A stretch of DNA of 62,549 nt, counting the filler, from Candidatus Delongbacteria bacterium (lineage in GTDB: Bacteria > UBA4055): assembly GCA_016937995.1 (NCBI GenBank). It is 3 parts of 3 records of this genome, joined end to end, with 100 filler letters (N's around TTAATTAATTAA, not from the genome) between each part and the next. Parts side by side here need not be neighbours in the genome. Positions count along the whole stretch, not along the records: positions 1 to 31,460 come from JAFGVM010000074.1; 2 more parts are not named here. The stretch is one strand, 5' to 3'. The notes under the pieces are model-generated. The model had not been told where the DNA came from and ran no database searches. It saw only the letters and a program-made list of their open reading frames with translations. Positions 1 through 8,720 of this stretch are shown one piece after another. Both the position numbers and the translations under genes were made by a program. How positions within the stretch are numbered: the first letter of the stretch is position 1; every line of letters begins with the position of its first letter.

Positions 1-8
1 AACGTGCG

Positions 9-87
9 GCAAAACGCCATATGGCGTTTTGCTACCAAGTTTGTGCCTGGTTAAAACGGCAAAGCGCCATATGGCGTTTTTTTCTAC
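9..87 (-). repeat. Two REP-like palindromes (GTAG + palindrome on the minus strand)
   Basis: Perfect 24-bp palindrome GCAAAACGCCATATGGCGTTTTGC at 9-32 and an imperfect second copy at 57-87; both end in CTAC (GTAG on the minus strand). Confidence 0.55.
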
Positions 88-222
88 TGTGTCTGCATAA
101 TTGTACATTTTTATATCACTACATTGTAGTGAAAATTATTGACTTCTGCAAGTGGAAATTAAAGTCAGAAATTAGAGGGAAGAATATTAACAGTAAAATA
201 AGTTCAGTTCGATAGATGAGAT

Positions 223-669
223 CTATATCATTACAAAAAGATCATTCACTGAAACAATAGAACTTTTTAAAACTTTTGCAAACAGAAAGAACTTGGGTAG
301 CGGACACTCGTCTTTTTCTTTCCCGATGGGACAGAACTTATGGCAGTTCATTCCGATCTGAGTGATCTCAATTTCAGCACTCTCACCGATCTTAAAAATA
401 TCCCCGACAGAAATATTGGATAGATCTATTCCTTCGAGAGTAAGCGTTTCGGAAAAGTCTCCCGGAATCAGATCACCTTCATTTCTAACTCTCGGGCAAA
501 ATACCTGATCTTTTATCAGCTCCTTAGAAGTAATTGATATTTGACGGTCACCGGGTTTGTTATAAGCATCACCTTTTAAACCGATATCCTTAACTAATTC
601 ACCCGTTTGAGTCCGGGTCTTACCACCTTTTTTCTCTGCGATATTTATTGAATATATTCTTCCTTTCAT
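223..669 (-). CDS. MOSC domain protein
   Basis: GLKGDA, RQISI, PGDFSETLT and EITQIGMNCH motifs; overlaps the moeA stop. Confidence 0.85.
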   Translation of the reverse strand: MKGRIYSINIAEKKGGKTRTQTGELVKDIGLKGDAYNKPGDRQISITSKELIKDQVFCPRVRNEGDLIPGDFSETLTLEGIDLSNISVGDIFKIGESAEIEITQIGMNCHKFCPIGKEKDECPLPKFFLFAKVLKSSIVSVNDLFVMI

Positions 670-1859
670 TAAAACCTCAGGAATTGAGTTTCTTCCCCCA
701 CATTTATAACTGAAATTTCCTCATCTGCAATCAGAAAACCATTAGCTTTAGCGAGAGAAAGAATATCGGCTGAACCGTTGGATTTTACCGGGGTTATAAA
801 GAACTGATCATCGTCCTCATTTATTACAGCGGGAAAAAAGTTTTTCCTGCCAGGTCTTTGCTTAAACTCTTCAGTCATAAAACCTGTTTCGAATACCGGA
901 AGTACAGGATCATAGTTCATCATTTTTTTCACAGCTGTAGTTACGAATAAAGTAAAACCTACAAAGTTTGATAAAGGGTTCCCAGGAAGTCCGAATACAA
1001 TACCTTTTGAATGCTTTCCAAAGAACAAAGGTTTTCCCGGTTTTATCTTAACTTTGTGAAATATTTTCTCAACTCCGGCTTTTTGCAGCATATCAGGGAC
1101 AAGATCGAATTTGCCCATTGAAACACCCCCTGAGATTAGAAGGATATCGTACTTTAAACCTTCAATTAGAGATCTTGACAAACTATCTTCGTTATCCTTT
1201 GCGATACCGATGTACTCTACAGGTAAATTAAGAGCTTTACACATAGCCTGCAACATTTGCCCGTTACTGTTATATATTTGACCAGTCCTAAGCTGATCTC
1301 CAGGTTCGATAATTTCGCTTCCGGTGTTTAAAATAGCGATCCGGGGTTTTGAAATAACTTTGATCTTATTGTAACCGCAGGCTGAAATAACTGCAATATG
1401 AGAAGTCTTTATCCTGGTCCCTTTTATTAAAACAAGCTGACCTTTAGCAATATCCTCACCCTGAAAACAAACATTAGCACCTGATTTGAGGTTCTTGTCA
1501 AATACTATTTTCCCGTCTTCTTTATATGTATTTTCGACTGCTATCACAGTGTCAGTAGAATCAGGTAAAGGTGCTCCTGTCATAATGCTTATGCATTCAT
1601 TATTTTTTAACTCGCCAGTAAAAATATCACCCGCAGCAACCATTCCTATATTAAAAAATTCTTTTTCATGTGTTTCATTTCCATCATGCTTAAAAGCATA
1701 TCCATCCATGGCGGATTTATCGAACGGTGGCATATCCGTTGGAGAATAAATATCCTCATCAAGGATATATCCGACAGAATCTGTGACTTTCACAGAAAGC
1801 GTGTTCAATGTATTTGAATTTTCTAATATTAATTCCCAGGCTGTTTTAAGGTCTATCAT
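669..1859 (-). CDS. moeA: Molybdopterin molybdotransferase MoeA
   Basis: PPFDKSAMDGYA, IMTGAPLP, SGGVSMG, KPGKP and GLPGNP motifs. Confidence 0.95.
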   Translation of the reverse strand: MIDLKTAWELILENSNTLNTLSVKVTDSVGYILDEDIYSPTDMPPFDKSAMDGYAFKHDGNETHEKEFFNIGMVAAGDIFTGELKNNECISIMTGAPLPDSTDTVIAVENTYKEDGKIVFDKNLKSGANVCFQGEDIAKGQLVLIKGTRIKTSHIAVISACGYNKIKVISKPRIAILNTGSEIIEPGDQLRTGQIYNSNGQMLQAMCKALNLPVEYIGIAKDNEDSLSRSLIEGLKYDILLISGGVSMGKFDLVPDMLQKAGVEKIFHKVKIKPGKPLFFGKHSKGIVFGLPGNPLSNFVGFTLFVTTAVKKMMNYDPVLPVFETGFMTEEFKQRPGRKNFFPAVINEDDDQFFITPVKSNGSADILSLAKANGFLIADEEISVINVGEETQFLRF

Positions 1860-1876
1860 ATGTAACTCCTATTGAT

Positions 1877-2269
1877 TTATGCACCTTTTGTTTTAAGAAA
1901 TAAATTTAAAGTGAACGATCCTGCAATGACCATTAAAAAACAAATAATGTTATTCAGAGTAACGTTTAAAATTGCTGCAGCAATTCCATTTTGTTTGAAC
2001 AGGACAACGGTTTCAAGTGAAAATGTTGAAAAGGTGGTAAATGCTCCAAGAATACCGATAGTAAGAAATACTTTCAGCTCGGAAGATACTGAATAGTAAT
2101 TGAATAGAGAATAGAGTAGGCCTATCAGAAAACCACCGATGATATTCACAGTTAAAGTTCCCAAAGGAATATATGAAACAGAATTTAAACTTTGAAAGTA
2201 CCTTAAGATCAAATATCTTGAAACTGATCCTATGCTTCCGCCCATAGCTATGAATAAAAGATGCTTCAT
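1877..2269 (-). CDS. crcB: Fluoride efflux channel CrcB/Fluc
   Basis: GGSIGSVSRY, GTLTVNIIG and GILGAFTTFSTFSLE motifs. Confidence 0.95.
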   Translation of the reverse strand: MKHLLFIAMGGSIGSVSRYLILRYFQSLNSVSYIPLGTLTVNIIGGFLIGLLYSLFNYYSVSSELKVFLTIGILGAFTTFSTFSLETVVLFKQNGIAAAILNVTLNNIICFLMVIAGSFTLNLFLKTKGA

Positions 2270-2421
2270 CCTTGTACTCCGAATTTATTCAATTTAAACC
2301 GCAGTTATTTTGCAGGTTATCAAATATAGTCCTAAATTATGTAAAAATAAATAAATTATTCTTTGTTTTTAAATGTTCAGTATGTGTATATTATGAAAAA
2401 TTATTGTATCAGGATAAACTT

Positions 2422-2868
2422 ATGACAAAAGCGGATATTGAATATTATTTTTCTGATTTCGAGGATACCGATTATGATGAACTTGTCAATTTCTGGGAAG
2501 ATACCGGAGTTGGGGGTAAACATAGAGGTGACAATGTAAAGATCATAAATGAAACTGTGAAGAACGGTGGAAAGCTGATCCTGATGAAAATGAAACCGGA
2601 CGGTATTATAATAGGAAGTGCCTGGGTAACTACTGATAAACGAAGATCTTATCTTCATTATTTCGCTATTGCGGAAGACCTTAGAGGAAAAGGATTGGCA
2701 AAAAAATTAATGAACGAAGTAATGGTCCATGCTGAAAAACTGGGCTTGCAGTTCAGACTGGAAGTACATATTGACAATGCTGCTGCGATAAGTTTGTATG
2801 AAAGATATGGTTTTGGATATCTTGGTGATTATGATATTTATATCAATAGAAGTGTACAAAAAAAATAA
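2422..2868 (+). CDS. GNAT family N-acetyltransferase
   Basis: LRGKGLAKKL acetyl-CoA motif and NAAAISLYERYGF; ATG 2422 preferred because AGGA lies upstream. Confidence 0.85.
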   Translation: MTKADIEYYFSDFEDTDYDELVNFWEDTGVGGKHRGDNVKIINETVKNGGKLILMKMKPDGIIIGSAWVTTDKRRSYLHYFAIAEDLRGKGLAKKLMNEVMVHAEKLGLQFRLEVHIDNAAAISLYERYGFGYLGDYDIYINRSVQKK

Positions 2869-2883
2869 ATTTGGATGTGAGCT

Positions 2884-3261
2884 ATGAAAAGGATAATTCA
2901 AACAATTAAAGCACCAAAAGCTATTGGTCCATACAGTCAGGCCGTGGAAATTAACGGAACGGTTTATGTTGCAGGGCAAATAGGTAATCTACCCGACAAC
3001 GGTGTAGTTGTGGAAGGCGGTATAAGAGAACAGACCAGACAGACCCTGGATAATATTCGCGAAATTTTAAATGAAGCCGGTTATACATTCGAAGATGTTG
3101 TAAAATGTACTTGTTTTTTAACAGATTTCAGGGAATACAAGGATTTTAACGAAATATTTGGTGAATATTTTCAGGTGGACCCACCTGCAAGGTCAACTAT
3201 CGGTATAAGCACATTGCCTATCGGTGTTAAAATAAAAATTGACTGTATAGCTACAAAATAG
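2884..3261 (+). CDS. ridA: RidA/YjgF family imine deaminase
   Basis: APKAIGPYSQA, AGQI and PPARS motifs. Confidence 0.9.
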   Translation: MKRIIQTIKAPKAIGPYSQAVEINGTVYVAGQIGNLPDNGVVVEGGIREQTRQTLDNIREILNEAGYTFEDVVKCTCFLTDFREYKDFNEIFGEYFQVDPPARSTIGISTLPIGVKIKIDCIATK

Positions 3262-3278
3262 TCGGACTTAAGAGTGTA

Positions 3279-3749
3279 ATGTTAGAATATAGAATAACTG
3301 AGAATAAAGTTTACAGGATCGAAAACTTAGTTTTGGATTTTAACGGAACTATAGCTGTCGATGGTAAGTTGATCCCGGGAGTTAGAGAACTTCTGAATAA
3401 AATTTCTGAAAGTATTGAAGTTCACATTATTACTGCGGATACTTTCGGAAGTGTAAGGAATGAGTTGTTAGGGATCAGCTGTAAACTTAAAATATTAGTG
3501 GACAAAGATCAGATCTCTCAGAAAAAAACTTTTATCACAGAGCTTGGAAAAGAGAGAACTGTCAGCATAGGTAACGGAAGAAATGATTCTGATATGGTAA
3601 AAGAAAGTGCGATCGGAATTTGTCTGGTCCAGAATGAATGTGCAGCTACAGAGACATTATTAAATTCAGATATCGTATCAACGAACATTATTGATGCCCT
3701 GGAAACATTACTGAAACCTGATAGGATCAAAGCGACTTTAAGATACTGA
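3279..3749 (+). CDS. HAD-superfamily hydrolase (soluble P-type ATPase-like)
   Basis: LDFNGTIAVDG, TADTFG and GNGRND motifs. Confidence 0.85.
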   Translation: MLEYRITENKVYRIENLVLDFNGTIAVDGKLIPGVRELLNKISESIEVHIITADTFGSVRNELLGISCKLKILVDKDQISQKKTFITELGKERTVSIGNGRNDSDMVKESAIGICLVQNECAATETLLNSDIVSTNIIDALETLLKPDRIKATLRY

Positions 3750-4379
3750 TCATTGCAGAAAAGGATTAAAGAGTTTTTCCTCTTTTAAAGTAGTGCTCCT
3801 ACCGTGACCGGGGAGAATAATAAGTTCATCATCCAGAGGAAGGATCTTCTTATTTATTGATCTCAGGATAGTTTCTGTGTTCCCACCATAAAGGTCTGTT
3901 CTTCCTATCGATCCTGCGAATAAGGTATCTCCGGCGATCATGACATTTTCATAGATAAAACAACAGCTTCCCAATGTATGACCCGGAGTATGAATGATTT
4001 TAAACTCCAAAGTTCCAACAACTATTTTATCTTTTTCTGTAAAAAGTTTATCCGGTCTTATTGAGATCTGTTTTCCAGATAAAGAGGAGTAATTTTTGGA
4101 AGGATCTAAAAAATACTCCTCTTCATTTTCATGAATCCACAAAGGAATGTTGAATATTCTTTTAAGTTCAATGATGGCACCGATATGATCATAATGTCCA
4201 TGAGTATTCACAATCAGCTGAGGAACGGCCTGAATGCTATCTAAGTATTTTATGATTTTACCTGCTTCTTCTCCCGGATCGAAGATTATTACCTTAGATG
4301 TTTCCGGACATTTAGCGATGATGCAGTTTTCTTCAATACCGCCAACTGTAAGAATATGGAATATATCGTTTATTTTCAT
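3750..4379 (-). CDS. MBL-fold metallo-hydrolase (glyoxalase II-like)
   Basis: THGHYDHIG, HTPGHT, GDTLF, GRTDL and PGHG motifs. Confidence 0.9.
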   Translation of the reverse strand: MKINDIFHILTVGGIEENCIIAKCPETSKVIIFDPGEEAGKIIKYLDSIQAVPQLIVNTHGHYDHIGAIIELKRIFNIPLWIHENEEEYFLDPSKNYSSLSGKQISIRPDKLFTEKDKIVVGTLEFKIIHTPGHTLGSCCFIYENVMIAGDTLFAGSIGRTDLYGGNTETILRSINKKILPLDDELIILPGHGRSTTLKEEKLFNPFLQ

Positions 4380-5257
4380 TACTTTATAAGTTTGTATTTT
4401 TTTAGTACATTGGTCAATATATCCACCTTATCCTGAGACAACTCTGTTAACGGAAGTCTGGTAGGACCGGTTTCCAATCCCAGAAGCTCCATAGCTTTTT
4501 TTACAGGAATAGGATTTGTGTCGATGAACATGGTGTGACATAATTCATTTGTATACTTGGCAAGCTGTAAACCTTTCTCGTAGTCTCCCTCAAGCATCGC
4601 TTTTACCAGCATGCTCATCTGTTTCGGGATTATGTTGGAGGTAACACTGATACCGCCTTTTCCGCCAAGTGCCATCATTGAATAGATAAGATCGTCCTCT
4701 CCGGATAATATGGAAATTTTATCTTCCACAGCAAATATTATTTTTTGAACCTGTGACATTGAACCGCTGGCTTCCTTTAACGCTATAATGTTCTCATTAA
4801 TTGATAATTTCTCTACTGTTTCAGGAAGTAGATTTACTCCGGTCCTCGAAGGGACATTGTACATTACAATAGGAATGGGTGAGTGGTTTGCAACTTCTGA
4901 AAAATGCCTATAAAGTCCTTCCTGATTCGGTTTGTTGTAGTAAGGGGTTATAACAAGAGCTGAATCAGCTCCAACCTGTGATGCCATTTTACACAAACTG
5001 ATAGCTTTATTAGTGTCGTTACTTCCGCATCCTGCAATGACTTTTATGTTGTGAAAATCAGCAAATTCTGTACATAATTCAAAGATCTCACGGAATTCAT
5101 TTTCCGAGAATGTTGGATTTTCTCCTGTAGTTCCCCCGGGTACGATCCCGCTAACTCCGCCTGCTGCTTGAAAAGCTATCAATTCCTTTAATTTTTCTTT
5201 ATTTAAACTTCCGTCTTTTTTAAAAGGCGTTACGATCGCAGTGTACAAACCTTGCAT
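4379..5257 (-). CDS. dapA: 4-hydroxy-tetrahydrodipicolinate synthase
   Basis: GTTGE, TPYYNKP, YNVPSRTG, KEASG and NPIPVK motifs. Confidence 0.95.
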   Translation of the reverse strand: MQGLYTAIVTPFKKDGSLNKEKLKELIAFQAAGGVSGIVPGGTTGENPTFSENEFREIFELCTEFADFHNIKVIAGCGSNDTNKAISLCKMASQVGADSALVITPYYNKPNQEGLYRHFSEVANHSPIPIVMYNVPSRTGVNLLPETVEKLSINENIIALKEASGSMSQVQKIIFAVEDKISILSGEDDLIYSMMALGGKGGISVTSNIIPKQMSMLVKAMLEGDYEKGLQLAKYTNELCHTMFIDTNPIPVKKAMELLGLETGPTRLPLTELSQDKVDILTNVLKKYKLIK

Positions 5258-5396
5258 TTTATATCTCCTTCACTTTTTAGTCAGATTTATACAAATATAC
5301 TCGAATTTGGTAAAAAATAAAAAACAAATATTTGTTATTGAATTATTGAAATCGATTATATAGGTTACATATTAAAATTTTAATATTCATGAGAAG

Positions 5397-6683
5397 GTGA
5401 TCATGTTCTCTGTGATAAAAAGAGAGACTATACTTATCGTATTGTTCCTTGTGACTTCAAGTTTAGTGATGTTAGCGGTATTTTATTATCATTATTATTC
5501 AAAATTGTCTGAGATCGAAAACATGAATTTAGAAGAGATCAGCAAAGAGTATAGTATTGTTATCCAAAATTATGAAAATATGGCAAAATTTCTCTATGCT
5601 CACGTCGATGGACGTGATGACATAAAAAAAATATTTTATGAATCCTCACTTGAAAAGAATGCTGAGAGGATTAAGAGTTTTGAGGATAAATTTAGAGACT
5701 TAATAGAACCTTTTTACAATGAGATCAAAAGATATGGATTTAGTGATATTCAATTAAATTTTAAAAACAGTTCTGCATTTTTGTCAATGAAAAATGATAA
5801 AGAGTCTAATTTTGAGGTTAATAAATCCAGACAGACGATAATCAACTCAAATAAACACACAAAATACACATCGGGATTAGAATATAGCGATAATGAATTT
5901 TCATACAGGTTTGTTTTTCCTGTATTTTACAGAGACGAACATATTGGCTCAATAGAATTTTCAGTTACACTTTCAATGATCAGCAGTAGTTTAGAAAGCT
6001 TATTCGGGAACAGATATCAAGTGATACTTAGTGGGAAAAAACATGGCGGTCCAATCCCCAATCTCGACATCTATAAATGGTGTGAGAATGAAAGATTTTA
6101 TGTAACCGGTCACAGAGACAAGGAAATAGAACGTGTAATTTTAGCAAGTGATCAAAAAAATGTCATTTTTGATAAACTTAGCCAATGCAGATCTTTTAAC
6201 AACCGTGTTGTAAATACTGACAAAGAATACCTCGCAGGTTTTTATTCACTGGTAGCTTATGAGGGTAAAAAGATCGGATATCTTGTCAGACTGAATGAGA
6301 ACAGATTGATAAGTGATGCCCAATATACATATAAGCTTAATTCGATTATCAATGTTCTCATTTCAATTATTTTAATAGTATTCATACTTTCTTATAACCG
6401 GATCCAGGGAAGAATAAAAGAAGTTAAAATGTTCGATGCTATGGTGGTTACAGCGAATCATCAGATCAAACAACCGCTTTCAATTATATCATCATATCTG
6501 GAAATTATGATCCATGATGAAAGTTTAGATGAGAATTCAAAAATTAAACTTAAAAAAATTTGGGCCAATGCGGATAAAATAAATCATATTCTGGAAAAGT
6601 TAAAACAGATAGATGATCCCTCTTATGTTGATTACGCAAACTTTACCAAAATGATAGATATTGATAAGAGATCCAAGAATTAA
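5397..6683 (+). CDS. Membrane sensor with Cache-like periplasmic domain and HisKA domain, lacking HATPase
   Basis: Two TM segments; YRFVFPVF..IGSIEFS Cache-like motif; H-box TANHQIKQPL; ORF ends without N/G1/F/G2 boxes. Confidence 0.7.
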   Translation: MIMFSVIKRETILIVLFLVTSSLVMLAVFYYHYYSKLSEIENMNLEEISKEYSIVIQNYENMAKFLYAHVDGRDDIKKIFYESSLEKNAERIKSFEDKFRDLIEPFYNEIKRYGFSDIQLNFKNSSAFLSMKNDKESNFEVNKSRQTIINSNKHTKYTSGLEYSDNEFSYRFVFPVFYRDEHIGSIEFSVTLSMISSSLESLFGNRYQVILSGKKHGGPIPNLDIYKWCENERFYVTGHRDKEIERVILASDQKNVIFDKLSQCRSFNNRVVNTDKEYLAGFYSLVAYEGKKIGYLVRLNENRLISDAQYTYKLNSIINVLISIILIVFILSYNRIQGRIKEVKMFDAMVVTANHQIKQPLSIISSYLEIMIHDESLDENSKIKLKKIWANADKINHILEKLKQIDDPSYVDYANFTKMIDIDKRSKN

Positions 6684-6822
6684 TATCAGGCACTTTCAGC
6701 CCGGTAAATCTTGCTAAAAAAAATCCTTTATTACATAAAGACCAAAAAAAGAATTTTTTTTTTGCTTATTCATTATTAATGGCATAATTTTCCTACTCAA
6801 AAAATTGTGAAGCTGTTATTTA

Positions 6823-7263
6823 ATGAAAGATGTTACTATATATACCGATGGAGCATGCAGCAATAACCCGGGACCAGGAGGATGGGGAGCGATAATAATG
6901 TATGGGAACATCAGACGTGAATTATCGGGTTACGAACCGGATACAACGAATAATTCTATGGAGCTGAGAGCTGTTATCGAGTCGCTGAAATTGCTTAAAG
7001 AGAGTTGTAATGTAAAATTGTACACAGATTCAAAATATATCGTTGACTCTGTAACAAAATGGGTACATAACTGGAAGAGTAACGGTTGGAGAACTTCAAA
7101 AAAAGAACCGGTTAAGAATAAGCATCTTCTCGAAGAAGTATTAAAATTGTCGGAAGTGCATAAAATAGAGTGGCATTGGGTCAAAGGACACGATGGAAAT
7201 CAGTTTAATGAAGAATGTGATCTGCTTGCTAAAAACCAAATAAAGATACATTCATCTAACTAA
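6823..7263 (+). CDS. rnhA: Ribonuclease HI
   Basis: YTDGACSNNPGPGGWG, TDSKY, WVKGH and NEECD motifs. Confidence 0.95.
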   Translation: MKDVTIYTDGACSNNPGPGGWGAIIMYGNIRRELSGYEPDTTNNSMELRAVIESLKLLKESCNVKLYTDSKYIVDSVTKWVHNWKSNGWRTSKKEPVKNKHLLEEVLKLSEVHKIEWHWVKGHDGNQFNEECDLLAKNQIKIHSSN

Positions 7264-7278
7264 AGAAGAAATTTAAAC

Positions 7279-7977
7279 ATGTCCGATTTTAAACTGAGTA
7301 ACAGAAGGAAAACAAGAGAATTTCTGCTTATGTTTTTCTACAGCAAAGAAATAGAGAACTATAATTTTTCGGAAATAGAACCTAACATATATGATCACTT
7401 TAAAGCTGTTAACGCTCTGCTTGAAGAAGATGATTATGAAATAGTAAGAGAGCATATTTTAGATATATTTAACTCTGTTAAGATAACAAAATTAGAGAAG
7501 TATTCTTTAGTTGAGTTCAAACTACCGGGTACTGGTAAAGACCATTCAATGGAATTCGGTGAGATGGACAGGGAGAACATTAAGGATGGATTCCTTTCAT
7601 ATTCTTTCAAACTTACCGATTCAAAAATGGATAAAGCTCATATTGATATCCCGAAAGGAAAAAAAGAAAATGACGAATCGGGGAATTTGAGATTTTTCAA
7701 ACAATACTTTGAATATTACGAGAAAAATATAGATGAAATAGACTCATTCATAGATAAAAAATTAGAGAACTGGGATTTTTCCAGGATCTCGATAATTGAT
7801 AAATTGATCATCAGAATGGGAATCGTTGAATTTATATATTTCCCGGAAATACCCGAAAAAGTAGTTATAAATGAAGCTATTGAACTGGGAAAAAAATATA
7901 GTTCAGAGAAAAGTAATGTTTTTATAAACGGAATATTGAATAAGTTCAAAAACGAGCTTAGATTGGATAAGAAATAA
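7279..7977 (+). CDS. nusB: Transcription antitermination factor NusB (with insertion)
   Basis: N-terminal RRKTRE; C-terminal NWDFSRISIID, VVINEAIELGKKY and FINGIL. Confidence 0.85.
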   Translation: MSDFKLSNRRKTREFLLMFFYSKEIENYNFSEIEPNIYDHFKAVNALLEEDDYEIVREHILDIFNSVKITKLEKYSLVEFKLPGTGKDHSMEFGEMDRENIKDGFLSYSFKLTDSKMDKAHIDIPKGKKENDESGNLRFFKQYFEYYEKNIDEIDSFIDKKLENWDFSRISIIDKLIIRMGIVEFIYFPEIPEKVVINEAIELGKKYSSEKSNVFINGILNKFKNELRLDKK

Positions 7978-7991
7978 TTATAAGGTAATTT

Positions 7992-8669
7992 ATGAAAATT
8001 GCGATCATATCAGATATTCATTCAAATTATGAAGCTTTAACAGAAGTGCTGAAAGAGATCGAACGTATAAAGGTAGATGATATTTACTGTCTGGGTGATA
8101 TTGTCGGATACGGACCTAATCCAAATGAATGTATCGATCTGATCAAATCTGTTACAGAGAAGGTTGTAGTCGGAAATCATGATAGTGCCGTAATTAATCA
8201 AACTGATATGATGCTGTTCAATTCATATGCAAGAGAGTCAACTGAGTGGACAAGAAGGATGATCTCAGATGAAAACTATGAATATCTTTTAAAATTACCT
8301 TTGAAGATATCAGAGAACGATCTTTTGTTCGTTCATTCAACTCCTTTGATACCAGAGGATTGGAATTACATTCTTACACAACACAGTGCGGAAAAGCACT
8401 TCAATTATTTTACAGAACAGGCTTGCTTTATCGGGCATTCTCACAGACCTGAAATGTTCAGGTCCATTGATGACAGACTTATCATAAATGTTGGATCGGT
8501 CGGACAGCCAAGGGACGGGAATTCCAAATCCAGTTTTGTTATTTACGGAACTGAGGAAGGTGAATACGAGTTAGTTAGAAAAGAGTATGATATCAAAAGC
8601 GTATATAAAAGCATTGTAAAAGCAGGTCTGAACGAATTCCTTGGCGAAAGACTGATGGTAGGAAGGTAA
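7992..8669 (+). CDS. Metallophosphoesterase family protein
   Basis: SDIHSN, LGDIVGYG, GNHD, GHSH and NVGSVGQPRDG motifs. Confidence 0.9.
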   Translation: MKIAIISDIHSNYEALTEVLKEIERIKVDDIYCLGDIVGYGPNPNECIDLIKSVTEKVVVGNHDSAVINQTDMMLFNSYARESTEWTRRMISDENYEYLLKLPLKISENDLLFVHSTPLIPEDWNYILTQHSAEKHFNYFTEQACFIGHSHRPEMFRSIDDRLIINVGSVGQPRDGNSKSSFVIYGTEEGEYELVRKEYDIKSVYKSIVKAGLNEFLGERLMVGR

Positions 8670-8720
8670 AAAACCTGATTACCGAATAAATTTAAATTTT
8701 AGTCAATAATTAAAATAAAG

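Noticed and set aside
2270-2421. Fluoride riboswitch upstream of crcB (also glycine riboswitch before gcvPB and preQ1 before queD)
   Set aside because: No recognisable consensus elements; the regions are short and AT-rich, or the genes overlap
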